DNA from: Phoronis australis | Lineage: Eukaryota; Animalia; Phoronida | Length of the DNA: 64,000 nucleotides | Assembly: GCA_002633005.1 (NCBI GenBank) | Contig: NMRA01000160.1 | Span: 1-64,000 of the forward strand | Reading direction: 5' to 3' | Shown here: positions 11,061 to 25,800 of the stretch, piece after piece | How the letters are laid out: each line of letters starts with the position of its first letter | Numbering within the stretch: position 1 is the stretch's first letter | Program-made: the position numbers and the translations under genes | Notes under the pieces: model-generated | What the model saw: only the letters and a program-made list of their open reading frames with translations | What the model was told of the DNA's origin: nothing | Database searches by the model: none

Positions 11061-13617
11061 CCCCAGCAGTTGCTTTAAATGTTTGCAACTGATATTCAAG
11101 ATTTTATAAAGATATGCTTTTGGAAACTCCGCCCCAAATCCAAACTAATAAATTCTGATGCGTCCACTAGTCACCATCTCTCAAAACTGTTTTTCTTTAA
11201 GTACCATACATACCCGGTATTCTCCAGAAAATTAATGGTGGGTTCGATGTCAGTTGCGGGAGAGGAGTTGGTGAGAAAGGTATGCAGAGTTGCGTTGGAG
11301 TTTCAATAGATTGGAGTTTCCTACCTGGGAAAGGGGCATAAATGAGAGGAGGTTAAACCGCACCATTGCTCAAGAAATTCCAAATGCAATAGATAGCCCA
11401 ACCAACAACAAGATAAGGCCTTATTGAGTACAAAAGCCATGACTGATACTGTAAGGCAGTTTGACCACAATCAAAAGACTATATCTCAACTCTGCTTGAA
11501 AATTTATCAATATCCAGATTACTTATTGAATACATTGATTTATGTGATTAAATTATCTAGTGTTAGTACCTAAGGTCTTTAAATCACTCCAGTTATTCTG
11601 GTTGTATGTCTCCAATCAGTGTTTGCTATGAATTAACTGAGGCTGTTAGTACAGTTGTGTAATTTTAATGGGTTGAGATTGGGTAGAGTATTCTTACTGA
11701 GTTATGAGGAAACAGTTACAATGGTATCATTAAATGAAAAACAAATCTTTAGGTTGTGGGGAAAGAGAGTTGTGGCCAGGAGAATACCGTCTATAGGAGA
11801 TAGTACAGTAATTGTCTTCTACGACACTGTATGCAAAAATACTGCATAATTAATTTGCACTAAACTCTGGTTCGAGGGAGACTCAGTCATATCTTCTTTC
11901 CTAGGAGACAAAAAAATTGTAGAATCTACTGGACGAACCAATTGAAAGGTTACTGAATAAATCAATATTTTTCTTATAACGGAGAGGACAAATTGCCCCA
12001 GCCAGAAGTCTTAATAAAGTTGTTTATAAGAACATTCTTTAAGAACAGGCTGCTGGGAAGTGTGTGGGAACTGAAAAACATTCACTTGAAATAAAACATC
12101 GGAAAGACTTGGGCTCTTCAACAAGTGTTTTTAACCAAATGTCGAAAAAGAGACTACTGATTGCTGATAGTGGTTTAAAAATATAGGTACCACAGTCACG
12201 TGCGATAAAATATCGCCAACTTGGGACAAAATATGGACAAGTGAAATTTTATTGTTATATCACTTTCCCATCCAGTGAATGCTTTTCGATGTTTCAAGTT
12301 TTATACCACAGGTACTATGAAACAAACTTTTGAAAAACTGGGCATTTGCAAACGTGTTAGAAGCCCCTGTTAAATGAAAAAAGGGCAATTTTAGCAGTTA
12401 TTTTTCTCCAAATTTGGTGCAATTTTACAGCACTTATAATTTTGCTGCGACATCTGGAAGCAATGAATCTTTCTTATCATATACTCTTTCACTTTCTTCT
12501 TTGCTACCAATAATTGATGCTTATCAAGATTTTTGGGTTGTCTCCTAATTTTATTGCGTAATCACATTGAGTTAGGTCTACGCCACATAGTCCCCTTGAT
12601 TCAAGAAATTTGTCTTTCCTAATTACAAGTTTTGTTAAACAAATATTTAATGTCAAACTTATAATTCCAGCAACAGCTCTGTGTGTTAAGTTTAAACACA
12701 ACATATCCAATAAGAGAATAGCATCTGTTGCATACTCTCGGCTACTTAATTAGAACAGTTTGTTCAATAGATCAAACACCTGTGCCTGTTGTGATCTATA
12801 TCGACTAGATATTGATTTTATATCAAAGACTGATTCATGCCTTAGTAGATGTCGTCTGTGAAATCCTGCATAGAGCTGTGCTGTATAACACTAATGGTGT
12901 GTTAGTAATCACTTGATGATCTTATTATGCCATCCTCCTGTCTCATTGTCTTTTGAGTTCAAGCAAAACAGATTGTAATTAGCCTCAACTACATTATTCC
13001 AGTCCCCTTCCCCCTGTACTCAGCTAACTTGGCCTGTGTAGGTGGGTTACCAACTACCCAACTGTTATGCCAATAAAACATGCGTGTGTTTGCTAATGCA
13101 GGGATCGATTTAATGACCTGTGGAATTCCAATGCGAGCTCCTCAGATTTTGTTTGTCGACCTGGTAAAAATCTCAAGTCGCCAAAAATCACGCACACATT
13201 TGAGCACGCACTCAAATTAGTACAGTCTCCAGATGGTGTCTGCAAAACCCGCAATGGCTCGTTGATGGTTCAAGCACGGCAATGCATCTTGACTGGAAAT
13301 TTTTTGAAATATTGTTTGTTGATAACTATGGCATAGAACTTGATATGTAAATGAACTCGATTTTATTCTCGATGGGACTATTAGCTCCCTGTGCTGCTGT
13401 GAGAAGTTAACGGAAAAACATGGTTACTATTTGCTTTTGTGAAGGTTGTATGCTGAGTAGGATGTCCAATTGTTGAGCAGGGCCTTCTAGCTAGGGTGTA
13501 TAAATTTGACTCGGGGTTGGGGGAGGATTTCCATTTGAACACCTTGGATGCCCCATAGATGAAGACAAATTCGCAGTGCAGTCAAATTTCACCTTTCTAA
13601 TTTCTTTCATTGCAGAG

Positions 13618-13800
13618 ATGTGTTCCACAATACTTCTTTATGGTGCTATACTGTGCGCAACGGTGTCCTCGGTACACGGGGTCGCCTCTGTCTCCTTTGC
13701 GGCCACGCCCACGTCTTACGTAGGTCAGGAAGGAAGGCATGTCTCCATTCGGTTGAGAAAGACTGGAAGCAGTGCTAATATTGTCACAGTGGTTGTACAG
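13618..13800 (+). CDS. ADGRV1: ADGRV1 coding exon 1 (signal peptide MCSTILLYGAILCATVSSVHG and start of Calx-beta)
   Basis: Acceptor ttgcag ends 13615, ATG 13618, donor CAG|gtaagg at 13801, phase 0. Confidence 0.85.
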
Positions 13801-16800
13801 GTAAGGTGTACTTTAGAGGCGGTCGTCTCTTGGCTGAATGTGTCTGGCGTCATATAAAGAGTGATACATGGAAGGAAATATAAGGCTTCAGTCTAACGTC
13901 TTGATCATTGGTAGGCAAGGGGAGCACTACAGACTCCAATTTGTTGATTCAGACCTCTGGGGCGTCGGTGAAATCCTGCAGTTCAATTGGTGTTCTATGA
14001 ACGAAATCAAGAGGTCAGTTGGAGTTACGGAGATCAACCTGTGTTTTGTCGTATGTCATTTGTCATTTTATTGGTTTAGCGGATGTCTTGGAAAGCTGTC
14101 TGAACTCTATTTTTCACTATCTGTAGTCTCCCAATAATTTTAGCTCTCAAAACATATGCTACTCGGTTTCGATTGGATAACCAACGGTCAGCTTGAGCGT
14201 CACCTTGACATATCGGGGTGGGGGGGGAATGCCCACTACTTATCGACGGAATATACAAAATGGTTCTTTCTAGTACTGGTATTATAATTGCTCATGTATG
14301 TGCAAGGAATCATGAAGGGATTTGGCTAAATAATACTCCTTGACTTCTCATTTATTAAGTTTTTAAACACCAATAACATGCTCAGGTTAGCATCCACCTC
14401 TTGAATTTTGAATTTCCAAATTGGGTATTCATATGGGTGAATATGATAATAATAAGGCCTAAAACTAATATACACCATCTGTATGCAGTTTCATATTTGT
14501 GCATTTGAAGCACGCACACGCAAACAGTAAAATTGGTACTCAAAACCGCTTTCCTCTGTCACCATGTTTTTAATGGAATAGCCTCCTAGCTCAAAATTCT
14601 GAGGGCTGTTTTTGAGATTGCCTTATTTGAATTGACATGCTTGACTGTCAAGCATTCAAGGTAAACTTCATGATAAAAATTCTCCAATACGGGATAGTCT
14701 CTAAAATGTGGAACTCTTAAGTTTGACCGAGATTGTGTTTTCTCGATTCTGAAGATTGGGCTCTGCATTTTGCATTGGTCAGAAAATTCTAGAAGTAGAC
14801 TTAGGATGTTGTTCATAAAACCGAAGAAACTAGCCATGGACGGAACGTTTCACGCATCCCCATGAAGGTGTATGATCATTTGAGACAACCAATATTGGCT
14901 CGTGTTTCTAAAATTTAGCACAAGCCCCGATCTGGAGAAGCTTTACTGCTGATTGTTAATTTGTTAACTCGAACTCTGCACACATCTAGTGAATTTCAAG
15001 GTTGTAATCTGCCCTCTTACTTCTTGTAGGTATTAGAAGCTGACATAACAGCGAATGGTGGAAATGACTTCCTTGGTGATAGCCAAGTCGCTAAATTCAG
15101 TGCAGGTAAGACGGTGCAATTTACCAGCCATTACCCCTGCTGCTTAGAAGAATAGAAAATGTGATTTGCCGAGTTGTGAATGTTGTAATATTTCACTTAT
15201 TTATCTCACAATGTAGTTGTCATATGAAATTTTGTTTTGTTACATTCCAGAACAGGAATGAAGAAAAAACGAAAAGTTTAGTCTGCATAGCTTTATTTCA
15301 GTTAATTCCCGTCGAATGATGGGAAGCCAATGTCGGGAATGATTGCATGATCTTTAGTGAAATACGAAAAGCAGAANATGGTGCTATACTGTGCGCAACG
15401 GTGTCCTCGGTACACGGGGTCGCCTCTGTCTCCTTTGCGGCCACGCCCACGTCTTACGTAGGTCAGGAAGGAAGGCATGTCTCCATTCGGTTGAGAAAGA
15501 CTGGAAGCAGTGCTAATATTGTCACAGTGGTTGTACAGGTAAGGTGTACTTTAGAGGCGGTCGTCTCTTGGCTGAATGTGTCTGGCGTCATATAAAGAGT
15601 GATACATGGAAGGAAATATAAGGCTTCAGTCTAACGTCTTGATCATTGGTAGGCAAGGGGAGCACTACAGACTCCAATTTGTTGATTCAGACCTCTGGGG
15701 CGTCGGTGAAATCCTGCAGTTCAATTGGTGTTCTATGAACGAAATCAAGAGGTCAGTTGGAGTTACGGAGATCAACCTGTGTTTTGTCGTATGTCATTTG
15801 TCATTTTATTGGTTTAGCGGATGTCTTGGAAAGCTGTCTGAACTCTATTTTTCACTATCTGTAGTCTCCCAATAATTTTAGCTCTCAAAACATATGCTAC
15901 TCGGTTTCGATTGGATAACCAACGGTCAGCTTGAGCGTCACCTTGACATATCGGGGTGGGGGGGGAATGCCCACTACTTATCGACGGAATATACAAAATG
16001 GTTCTTTCTAGTACTGGTATTATAATTGCTCATGTATGTGGAAGGAATCATGAAGGGATTTGGCTAAATAATACTCCTTGACTTCTCATTTATTAAGTTT
16101 TTAAACACTGATAACATGCTCAGGTCAGCATCCACCTCTTGAATTTTGAATTTCCGAATTGGGTATTAATATGGGTGAATATGATAATGATAACGCCTAA
16201 AACTAATATACACCATCTGTATGCAGTTTCATATTTGTGCATTTGAAGCACGCACACGCAAACAGTAAAATTTGTTTTCAAAACCGCTTTCCTCTGTCTC
16301 CATGTTTTTAATGGAATAGCCTCCTAGCTCAAAATTCTGAGGGCTGTTTTCGAGATTGCCTTATTTGAATTGACATGCTTGACTGTCAAGCATTCAAGGT
16401 AAACTTCATGATAAAAATTCTCCAATACGAGATAGTCTCTAAAATGTGGAACTCTTAAGTTTGACCGAGATTGTGTTTTCGCGATTCTGAAGATTGGACT
16501 CTGCATTTTGCATTGGTCAGCAAATTCTAGAAGTAGACTTAGGATGTTGTTCATAAAACCGAAGAAACTAGCCATGGACGCAACGTTTCACGCATCTCCA
16601 TGAAGGTGTACGATCATTTGAGACAACCAATATTGGCTCGTGTTTCTAAAATTTACCACAAGCCCCAATCTGGAGAAGCTTTACTGCTGGTTGTTAACTT
16701 GTTAACTCGAGCTCTGCACACATCTAGTGAATTTCAAGGTTGTAATCTGCCCTCTTACTTCTTGTAGGTATTAGAAGCTGACATAACAGCGAATGGTGGA

Positions 16801-19800
16801 AATGACTTCAATGGTAATAGTCAAGTCGCTGACTTCAGTGCAGGTAAGACGGTGCAATTTACCAGCCATTACCCCTGCTGCTTAGAAGAATAGAAAATGT
16901 GATTTGCCGAGTTGTGAATGTTGTAATATTTCACTTATTTATCTCACAATGTAGTTGTCATATGAAATTTTGTTTCGTTACATTCCAGAACAGGAATGAA
17001 GAAAAAACAAAAAGTTTAGTCTGCATAGCTTTATTTCAGTTAATTCCCGTCGAATGATGGGAAGCCAATGTCGGGAATGATTGCACGATCTTTAGTGAAA
17101 TACGAAAAGCAGAACCAATTTCACTGTTTTTAGGCTCTTGCCAAAGTTGATAACTTCAAGAAGTCTATCCTATCGCAAAAATGTATTTTTTTAGCTCTAT
17201 AGATGATTGTATCCCCATTAAGTGTCCATGTAAAACTTGCATTTAGCAACTTTTGGTTAGTTACTAAATTGATTGCGTTGGTATTTCAATCTCCTCTGAT
17301 GTAACATGATTGCGTTTGTGTTTCAGGCTCATCAGATGAAAATAGAGAAGTGAGTTTCTTTGTGACGGATGATAGCATTCCTGAGGACGCAGAGACTTTT
17401 AGACTTCAGGTCATCACAGGAGACGATGCCATCACGGGGTCACCTGGAGAGGTCAGCGTCACCATACCGGCCAATGACAATGCTTTCGGAGTTTTCAGTT
17501 TCATCAACGTAAGTTAATTTCATTTTCTGATTACCTTTTGTTAGATTGTACGCCTGCACAAATAACTTGGAAATTAAACCTCTCGAAAATACATATGGTC
17601 CGACCCTCATTTGACACAGTTGTAGGGCTATTGCTAAGATGTCCTCTTCAAAAGGTAGTAGTTACTGCAAGTGCTAGTAATTCAAACACAAATGCTTCTT
17701 TCACAAATCCTTTCTTCCCATCACAAGGTCCGTCATTCCTGTCACAGGTCTGTCTTTCCCATCACTAGGTCTGTCGAAGCTTCGTAATGGATAGGTCCTG
17801 TGCACACTGTAGAAAATTTTAAACTCTGTTGCTGATGGCACTATGTCCTTGCCCTTGTTACATTCAAGTATTGATCTACTGATTGATGACTGATTCTAAA
17901 TTTGTGTGGTTTGGTTTCAGCCATCACCTGTGGAGGTGAAGGAGGGCGACACTGTCACTCTTACAATTGATCGGGAGTTCGGCAAGTTTGGTAATGTCAC
18001 CCTGTCTTACCAGGTACGAAGTCTTAGTTTCGTCAATTTTCTTTTGAAAATTTAAGATTCCTTGTTGACGCAAACATACAAATAGTCTGCAATGCAAGGT
18101 ATGACAAATAATATTAAATAATATCAGTAGTAAAATGTACATTGAATTATTAATTGATGTTTGAGTGTATGTTTAGTGTGTCATTTTGCCTAAATGTGCC
18201 TAACTGTTCACTTGTGTTTTCTTTGCAGATAATTGGTGCCACTCCTTTGCAAGATATTTCACCCAGTGCAGGTGGTCAAGTTGTGTTTTTGGCGGGCGAC
18301 GCAAGCAAAACGATCTCGCTCTCCATGCTCAATGATCAGGTAAGGTCCTGTCACACCTAAGCCGCCGTGATTTCGAAAATGAAAAAAAAACGAGCGAGAA
18401 CGGACTAAACTTACAATCTGTGTAAGAATCCAGTGTTGCATTCCGGGAATGTTTTGGCTGAGGTGTCTTGATTCTGCTCCTCCCACTTCTTACTTTTAAT
18501 ATTAAAATGACATTTATTTTGTAAAGCCTAAATACACAACATCCATATCTTATGTTAGTTTCTCCTTATATTTTGTAATTCCATTTATTGTAAACAGTTA
18601 TTGTAACACTGATTTAACATAAATGACCTTGTTACCTTTTGTTACATTTTGTTACTGTCTAGGTGCCTGAAAATGATGAAAGTTACACCGTCAGCCTGTC
18701 TGTCACGTCTGGTGCTGGCTCTGTCAATGTTTCAGACATTGATATCATGATAACCAAGAATGATGCACCGCTGCGATTTGTGCAGGTACGTTGCAATTGT
18801 GTTCTCATTCTAAAACAGGATTATTAGTAGTTGTAGTACGTCATTGCCCTAGGTCCCATCTCCGAATCTCAGGCTCAAAACCGGAAATTATTTCATGCTA
18901 GAGTCTAGTAGGACTCTAAATTCAAAAAAAATTCAACATCGTTTTGGGTATGCGAGCTTACTTGAGTAGTAATGATTTAGAGGCCCTTGTATTATTTTAT
19001 GTACTGCCTGTTAGATGAAATAGACAGTTAAAAAAGAAAAAAATAGCATATTTGTCTGCATGGCTTATTTGTAGGATCTCTAGATGGTAATCAGGACCGA
19101 GATGCAGTTATGTAACTCAATTAATGGCAGAATAGTTAAATCCCTCAAATATGCTTCTGAGAACAAAACATTACTGGATTTCTTTTAGGAAGCCTATGAT
19201 TACCGTCTCACATGACTTAGTCTAGCTGAGACACCCCAGTGTCACTAGACTCCACGTTATTATTCTCTGTCTTTGTTGGTTTTTTGTAGGATGCCTATCA
19301 AGTGGAGGAGGGTGCCAGCGACTCACAGGTTACCATCTCTGTCTCCAGGGGGTTAGAGGTCGGAGGTCAAGGGGTGATTGGACCAATTGACAAGGAGGTT
19401 GTTGTCAACTACAGGGTCACGCCAGGAACGGCAGTAAAGGACCAGGACTACAGTATACAGGGTTCAAACACCATTCGATTCAGGCCATCAGAAACTGTAC
19501 ATAATTTTACCATTACCATCAAGGCGGATAACATTCCCGAGATTGGTGAGACGTTTACGATTGAACTCTACGACCCCAGTGGTGATGCGGTGCTAGCAAA
19601 TCCATTCCGTGTGGTGGTCACTATTCTGGCCAATGATGACGAGAACGGCGTGCTAAGTCTCAAGTCTCCCAGTGCCTTATCACTGCCTACAGTTCAGGTT
19701 GGTATTCCTACGCACCATGAACACAGGCCATGTAACAGAAATAACCATCTACTGAGAGACATTAGTAAAACTTTTTCACTTTGTTTACTGTACTTATTAA

Positions 19801-22800
19801 AGACATAGCCCTGTACCCCCATTTTGGCTGATATAAATTCATAGTGTGCTGATGATAAATGATCATCAGACTGATCATTATTCATAGGAAACCTCTTAAT
19901 TTGATCATTTATCATTGCTCTGTAATAAGACTGAATTATCACAATTGATGATGATTTTTTCACGATAAGTTATATCCACAGTTAAAATGAATTCTAATCA
20001 ACCATTCTATCATTTCTTGCCATTCATGATTCATAGAAATAGTTGATGAAAATTCATATAAAACTCATTCATGATGAATTATGATCAGCCTAAATTGTTT
20101 GTCATACGTAATTCATTTTGTCTTGTTCCTCCCACCAGGTGAATGAAGACACCACGACCCAGACTAGTTACTTCCATGTCGTTAGAAGCAGCGGTACCTT
20201 TGGTGATGTCAGTGTTCAATGGCGTCTTGTCCGTAATGACAGCAATACAGACATCGTCACTAATGATGTGGCACCTGCCTCAGGTGAGAAGTGTCGTCAT
20301 ATTGATTTATTAGTTTAAAATGTTACTAAATAATAATAAATCATATAGCTTTGGCGAAATGTACCTTGATCCTATTCCTAGCTTTGCCTTTATGATTATG
20401 ATTCATGTGTCAACAGTTGATTTTTTGTAGATTTAGGCTAAGACTGTGACCTGTACTGATTGACATTGCGCTGTAAATTTCATATTCTACAATGGACATG
20501 GTGTAAAAGCAACAGTAACATTTTGTGTAATTTGGCCACGCATAAGTGTCATCTTGACTCACTCGAAAAATGTTTGTAGTACAGTTGGTCTAATTCATGC
20601 ATTAGGGTCCTTCAGATGTCGCTTCAGACTGTATTTTTTGCAAATTCCATTTTGCAAATTTTAAAGCAGTTGCTAGCCATGCGTGACATAAAATAGTGAA
20701 ATTCAGTATGACGCAACTTTGATTTTGCGTCGTCGACCAATCTTGTCTTCTGCTTTTCATTTGTAGGTATTGCCACTTTGGCCAATGGTCAGAACGAGAC
20801 GGTGATTACACTGACCGTTATCCAAGACTCCGTGCCTGAGCCAGCTGAGCTCTTCAAACTGATGTTACTTCCAAATACGGTCACAGGTGGCGCTAAGGTT
20901 GAGGGTATCTTGGAAGGACTGCTAATCCTTGAGGATAGTGACAATGCATACGGTCAAGTTGTCCTGTCGCAGGACTCAAATCACAAACTAATAACGGTAA
21001 TTCTCGTATTAATACCTGCTCCATGTTTACCTGTTGAAGTTATATTGAGTGCTACATTGGTGAGTGAATTAAGTGCAGACCTCACTGCAAAGTAATATGA
21101 AAATGAAACATTTTGTGAGGCTGAAAATGGCTCCTGTGAATTCCAATTATGTCTTGAGCTTCACAAATAGGTTTAGATGAAACTAAGGTTATGGAAAACC
21201 TCACAGAAGCGTACAGAAGTTTCTGTACTCAGACAAAAACTTACGGATGTCTAAAATTTTATATGCATGCGCATGCGTAATTGTGTACTGTACATATGTT
21301 GTATATGTACTGTGGGCCGATGGCCTCGAGTGCAAAATAATAAAAAATTAACTTGCAAAACCTCACAATTTTTGTGTTTTAACAAAACATTGGCTTGATT
21401 CTTAATCATGGTCCAAGTTGAAAACATCGTAAAGTTACTGCTTTTTCGTGACTGTAACACAAGGATGTCCTTGTGTGAGTGAAATTGACTATATTTTGTT
21501 TAAAAAACAATACTAACAATTATATCAATTATACTGAGAGGCTTGATTTGAGCTGATAACTAAACGATGTAATCACTAATATCTCTCATGGGATTTCTTG
21601 TTAGACTTCAATATATGAATTTGCTGATGGACCGGTGTTGCTGGTGGTTGTAATATTGTGACATAACCTATTACGTTATGCCTGGACAGTAGGTGGAGTG
21701 ACGTCAAAAAGTTGGTTCTATGCCTGCACACTAGGTGGAGTTACTGCTTCAGGCTGCTTCCATGCTTCAATACTAGATGGAGTTACAGCTACATGTTCCT
21801 GTGTGTTGTATGCCAATTTAAATTGATGCTAAGTGTAACCTGTTTTTTTTTCTTTATCAGTCCACTGATCCACGACACTTGGAAATATCCATCGAGAGAC
21901 TGCAAGGCACGTTTGAGGATATTACTGTAACCTTCACAGTGGATTATGAGACTACTGCGAATAATTTGACGGCTGCAGGTAAGAGAAATCCGTGAATAAG
22001 AAACGGTCAAGCTAATCATAACGAACTATGACCATAGAAAGATTTAAATTCTAGGAAAAGGATTTTAATATTAACTTGTTCATGTTGTAGATGCCGCCTT
22101 AGACATACTTTCTGCCAGCCAATCTGAGATGACCCAATACTGGTCTCTGCCCATTCCCTAACTTGGCACTCATTCTTGTTTTGTTTCAGACATACTCAAC
22201 ATTACAAATCCAGCCTCCGTTGTACTTCCTGCTGGCCTGTCAAAGATGACTACCAATGTAGAAATCTTCAACGGTGCGTTTCTCAGTGTCGGTGCTCAGT
22301 TCACCGTAACTCTCAAGTCGGTGTCCCTCAAACAAGGTAAGGCTCAAACCAGTGCGTGTCGCCGTAGAAATTCTTCGGGTTTGTACTCGGTGAAACATTA
22401 GTATTCTTTTTTTCGTTTTTTGTAACGTAAGAAATTGTCCCTAACTATAGAAACTCTAGTGTAGGCCATCTGAAATGTAGGAATTGCAAACTCAGAAAAA
22501 CTGTTTTAAACTTTAAGTGGATGTAGCTTAAGCTGTAATAATTATTGATAATAATATTTGATGTTGCCTTGATATCTTGTAAGAAAACACAGCTTCCAGA
22601 ATTCGAGAAACATGGTGAAAGCAAAAATAGCTTGTGTACCATTTTTCAGAGTAAAAAATCCATTATGCTATCATTTTGGCATTATTAAATTCGAGAAACT
22701 TTCCCATGGGTTGTGTAACAACTCTTATCGCGCAGCTTCCCTGTCCCCCCTTCTCTACAAACATCTATTTGTCATTCCAGCTGTTCCTTACGGACCCTAT

Positions 22801-25800
22801 AACAGCCCTGTTTTGGGAGCAAAGACCACCACCAGTGTTATCGTGACGGCAGATGCTGCCAATGGAGAGATTGGGTTTGAGAGTACACAGACGGTCGTTG
22901 TGGATGAACCAGATGGGACTCCCAAACAGGTAAGTTTTATGGAAAGCACAAACTCACCATTGTGAAAGGTCGCATAGAGCTTGTGTGGTTCATTTAGAAG
23001 GCTGAAGTTTCTAAAATACGTTTTTTATCAGAGCTCGAGTAAGCATTGAGAAACACGATCTTGCATCTGTAGAAGCGAATGAATATTTTTATTGTGCTCC
23101 GAGATGTCAACTGTGAGATGAATGTTTTTAGGATTTTGTTGGACACTTACAAAGTTAAGGAACATTTCTCCTTAATTTTCATTAAAATCCCAAAATGAAT
23201 CATAAAGATGACTGTTTTGATTTTCAGGTGACTCTGACTTTGACAAGAGAGGGAACCAATGGACAAGCATTTGTTTTCTGGGAGTTAAAGGGCTCAGGGC
23301 CCAACGCAGCATCAGTAACGGCCACAGATACACGCACCTCTTCTGGGACAGTCCTTATGAACTCTGGTGAGGGACATAAGATTGTGTCTGCTTTGGGCAC
23401 ACTGAATCGGAAATGTCACAGAGGGGCTCCACCACAATTTCAAAAAGACAAGCTGTCGCAATAGCTCTTAAAACAGCACGCCAGCACTGTCTTTTTATTT
23501 TGGCTGCGCCTATATGGAGCAGGTCGGGCCTTTTTGGTACCATGACTTTAAATTCGCCTGTTAGAAATCATGTATTGATCATTAATAATTTGGGGTAATG
23601 ACTTATTAAGTCTGACATTTAAAGCGGCATTAATGTTGTGCTTTCAAAAACCATGATTACGACCACTTGCCTTCCAGGTTTGTGTTGCATGTGTGACAAC
23701 GGGTACATGTTTACGGAAAATCTTGACATGATGTCATTGATTTCTCAAATTTTTGGCTCTCCTCCACGTTTTGGAAAAAAAGTCTGGGGCTCTTTTAGTT
23801 GCAAAATAGTGTGTTGTTTCGTACAGCTGCAATCAGTTGTGTTGTTAATTACAGGCGCCTCGTCAGGTAGTGTAGTGATAACCATCCTGCCAGATGACAC
23901 ACCTGAGACTGATGAGGAAATGACCATCACCCTGATCAGGGCTGATCCACCGGACGAGCAGAAATTACGCGCCGGTTCTACGCAGGTGAAAATAGTCATC
24001 CGTGAGAATGACAATCCTGGGGGCACATTCCAGTTTTCATCGGCGATGTCGCCCACATACGTGGTGGAGGTAAGTATGACTCAGTGTCACTGATGCCTAG
24101 ATTCGCAATGTTGAAGTTCTTGAACCCAAGAGTGGCGAATACGATGGCTAAAATTCAAATTAAACTGAAGTTCTTGCATGTTATACATCCATTTGATTGA
24201 TGGTCTTTGATCTAGGTAAAAAATCCCCAAAGCCAAATTTCTTTACATTCTCTAACATTACTTGTAAAAAATTAGTCATTTTTCCTAGACATGTCTGAAA
24301 CATTAAGGGTCAAATGTCACTGACCTCAAGGTGTGGTTGGGGAAAATTCAAAACTTTATGAGAACTCATAAAATCTTGTCTAGTTTCAATTCAAAACAAT
24401 TCTAAACGAAATGGCAGCAGATTCAGCAAAAGTAATATAATGTTATATTCATTGCAACAGAAGTCATTACTTGTGATGTCAAATTTCACAAAATTGGTAC
24501 AAATTAAATTGCTCAGATTGATTTTTTCAATTTTTCAAAGGCATCTAGCAATGATATGACTGCCTGCAATTTCTCAGAACATTGTCTGATGAGAGCTAAG
24601 ATATAAAAACTTAAAAATATCTATTTGGTGCTACTTTATGTCTTTCATATTTATGAAGCAACTGGCAAAATGAAATTTCACTTGACCGTCTGCCATATCG
24701 GGCCCTTAGCAGATGAGATTCTATCCTAAAACCATCACGTCTTGTGTCATCAGATCCTAGGGGTTGATACCTCTTGATTCTGCCCTCTAGAGCGACCATT
24801 TCTTAAACCTTTGTCTAATTCATGCCTTGACTTCGTTTTTCATTTTTATCCTTTTGCAAAATAGATGGTAAGAGTTTTGAGTGTTCTCAAATACTTATGA
24901 TTTTCTTTTAAAGCATGACTGCGATTTAGATTATGTTTGCTTGAAACATCATTGAACCTGAAACACTGCACTAAAATTGTGTTGTTGCTTGTCTAATGGT
25001 TGAGTCAACTTTCCACAACTTGGCCTGGAATTGAAATATAGTGTTGCAGCTGTGTTGTGTGTATATAATTGTTTTTAAAGCAGTGTCGTATGATTATGTT
25101 TTTATTGAAATTGTATTTGGCTTGTTTAATGTTAGTGCTTAAACATGACGGAACCTTAAGTAACGGAGCTAAGTGTGCTTTAAACCTGCTTGTTTTTGAT
25201 TTGAGCCACTTGCTGATCTCGACTTTTACCTAAGTCAAAGTAATTGTGATTTCTGGGTAGCCATGTTTGATGTGAGCACACCGCTGCAAGACTCTCTGAA
25301 GACACTTGAGAGAGAAGCTAAATGTGGTTGCGTGTTTCACTTGTGTTGCATGGCAATATCAGGCACAGATTTGTATGATCTTGCTGTGCTCTTTCGAAAT
25401 TTGGTCCACGGAATGCTCCCGTGGTTTCTCAGTGGCATCACTGATAATGTGGGTAATATTCAGATATAACGCACCTGTATTTTGAGAACCGTTTTTCTCA
25501 AAATGTGAACACTTTATATCCTACTATTGCCGTTAACATGTATACTNTAAAGTGGCGCAGAACACAAGGGACAAAATATACTGAAGGTGAACGCAGAAGA
25601 AAATGAATAAATATCTTTAACGTGGATTGTTTATTCAAGCCAATGTCCGCAAAAGATAATGTACATTTGCCTTGTTATTGACCTATGAACTGCATGATAA
25701 CTTGTTCCATACATAAGGCTTTGAAATTGTTTATATTGCAATTTAATACAGAAACAAAGTTCTACTTGATTTGATATTTTTAAATTAGTTCTTTTCTTGA

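Larger units (their letters stand above)
13640..17114 (+). repeat. 1737-bp tandem duplication (13640-15376 and 15378-17114) separated by one N
   Basis: Constant 1738-bp offset; first about 660 bp identical, then scattered substitutions. Confidence 0.93.

Noticed and set aside
10737-11099. Poly-Asn and poly-Ile ORFs
   Set aside because: Translations of the (ATT)n microsatellite
13868-16575. Paired ORFs (89, 60 and 83 aa) resembling a duplicated gene cluster
   Set aside because: Intronic chance ORFs repeated by the 1737-bp duplication; no motifs
23745-24056. Antisense ORFs overlapping ADGRV1 exons (also 28064-28366, 37866-38153, 42227-42424)
   Set aside because: Shadow ORFs of real coding exons
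25547-25547. Single N as a possible site of lost exons
   Set aside because: Exons 14 and 15 join in phase and continue the Calx-beta pattern, so no exon is evidently missing
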